In this document: in pieces, positions 63,601 to 64,000 of the stretch
How the letters are laid out: each line of letters opens with the position of its first letter
How positions within the stretch are numbered: position 1 is the stretch's first letter
Source of the DNA: Eutreptiella sp. 'Long Island Sound 2002'
Taxonomy: Eukaryota; Protista; Euglenida
Reading direction: 5' to 3'
Length of the DNA stretch: 64,000 nucleotides
Assembly: GCA_964036045.1 (NCBI GenBank)
Contig: OZ038378.1
Coordinates: 20,708,001-20,772,000, forward strand
Made by a program: the position numbers and the translations under genes
The notes under the pieces: model-generated
Databases searched by the model: none
Seen by the model: the letters and a program-made list of their open reading frames with translations, nothing else
Told to the model about the DNA's origin: nothing

Positions 63601-63746
63601 AACTTGACAACTTCGGTGAACGGAATGTAGATGATGAGGTCGGCGTCCACGTCAGAGGACATGTACTTCTCGGTGTCCAGCTTTTGGTGCCAGGGCTTGA
63701 TGACGTCCTTGCAGGCGTCGTGGCGGTGCTCATTGAACGCCCGCAC
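57664..63746 (-). CDS. PITHD1: PITH-domain protein (PITHD1-like), 3' part. Exons 63746-63511 and 57958-57664; upstream exon(s) lie beyond the window
   Basis: SSDVDADLIIYIPFTEVVKLRSIVIIGG..EAPDKMRAFINREDVDFD joined to QEWDLVEN..LEYTTKYSKFSSVCSLTLHFPSNFGADISTIFFIGLRGE..VYESAPNVKDHK. The GT..CAG intron 63510-57959 has matching phase 2. Confidence 0.9.
58010..58690. repeat. 13-bp minisatellite (CAGTGATGGCA(C/T)A)n inside the PITH-gene intron
   Basis: Directly visible degenerate array of ~680 bp. Confidence 0.93.
62011..62091 (+). pseudogene. WW-domain-like relic antisense within the PITH intron
   Basis: NLPPGWEGNTPEGHPLYVDHNTQTTHY versus the WW consensus LPPGWE...TPEG..YYVDHNT.TT.W: one residue short, second Trp replaced by Tyr, stop shortly after. 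Confidence 0.55.
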
Positions 63747-64000
63747 CTGCGGTGTGAACAACCACAAATGCCCCCAGAATCCGATCAAGAAGCCTGACCA
63801 TCATCATGCCCCAGCCAAATGGATGGGGCGTTGCAAGACCATTGCGTCAGGGATGAATACAAATGCTACGGCAGGTCCGGTGCTACTACCCACCCTTTGT
63901 GTCACGTCCTGTGCCATCGCATTCATGTATCTGACACTGTAAGAAACCCGCCATCAAAGACCATCGACACCTCCAATCCCCACCCCCATCAACGATGAAG

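Noticed and set aside
1-64000. rRNA, snRNA or spliced-leader RNA genes
   Set aside because: No recognisable conserved sequence was seen by eye; an Rfam/Infernal scan would be needed to exclude them.

Overview
Repeat-rich eukaryotic genomic DNA. GC-rich coding exons are separated by kilobase GT-AG introns, and the spacers are full of decayed retroelements, MITE/SINE-like repeats, microsatellites and minisatellites. The lineage cannot be proven from the sequence; a protist such as a euglenid is my inference. Five protein-coding genes could be reconstructed by hand with phase-consistent splice sites: (1) a DUF2071/YqjF-family gene (+, 5' end unresolved); (2) a 4-exon gene (+) joining an F-box, a helical/coiled-coil region and a C-terminal BURPS668_1122/SsdA-type (PF14424-like) nucleic-acid deaminase domain with intact motifs, which is the most striking item; (3) a 4-exon coiled-coil protein of about 1113 aa with an IQ motif (-); (4) an intronless 1031-aa type-I membrane trypsin-family protease with EGF-like and C-type-lectin-like modules (-); (5) the last two exons of a PITH-domain (PITHD1-like) gene (-) whose 5' end lies beyond the window. 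Non-genic features include a decayed LINE (RT, RNase H, CCHC), a 2-kb 48-bp satellite with telomere-like and hairpin motifs, and a fragment in which Harbinger-like DDE and DIRS-type adenine-methylase remnants share one reading frame. All family assignments come from motif recognition by eye; no searches were run.
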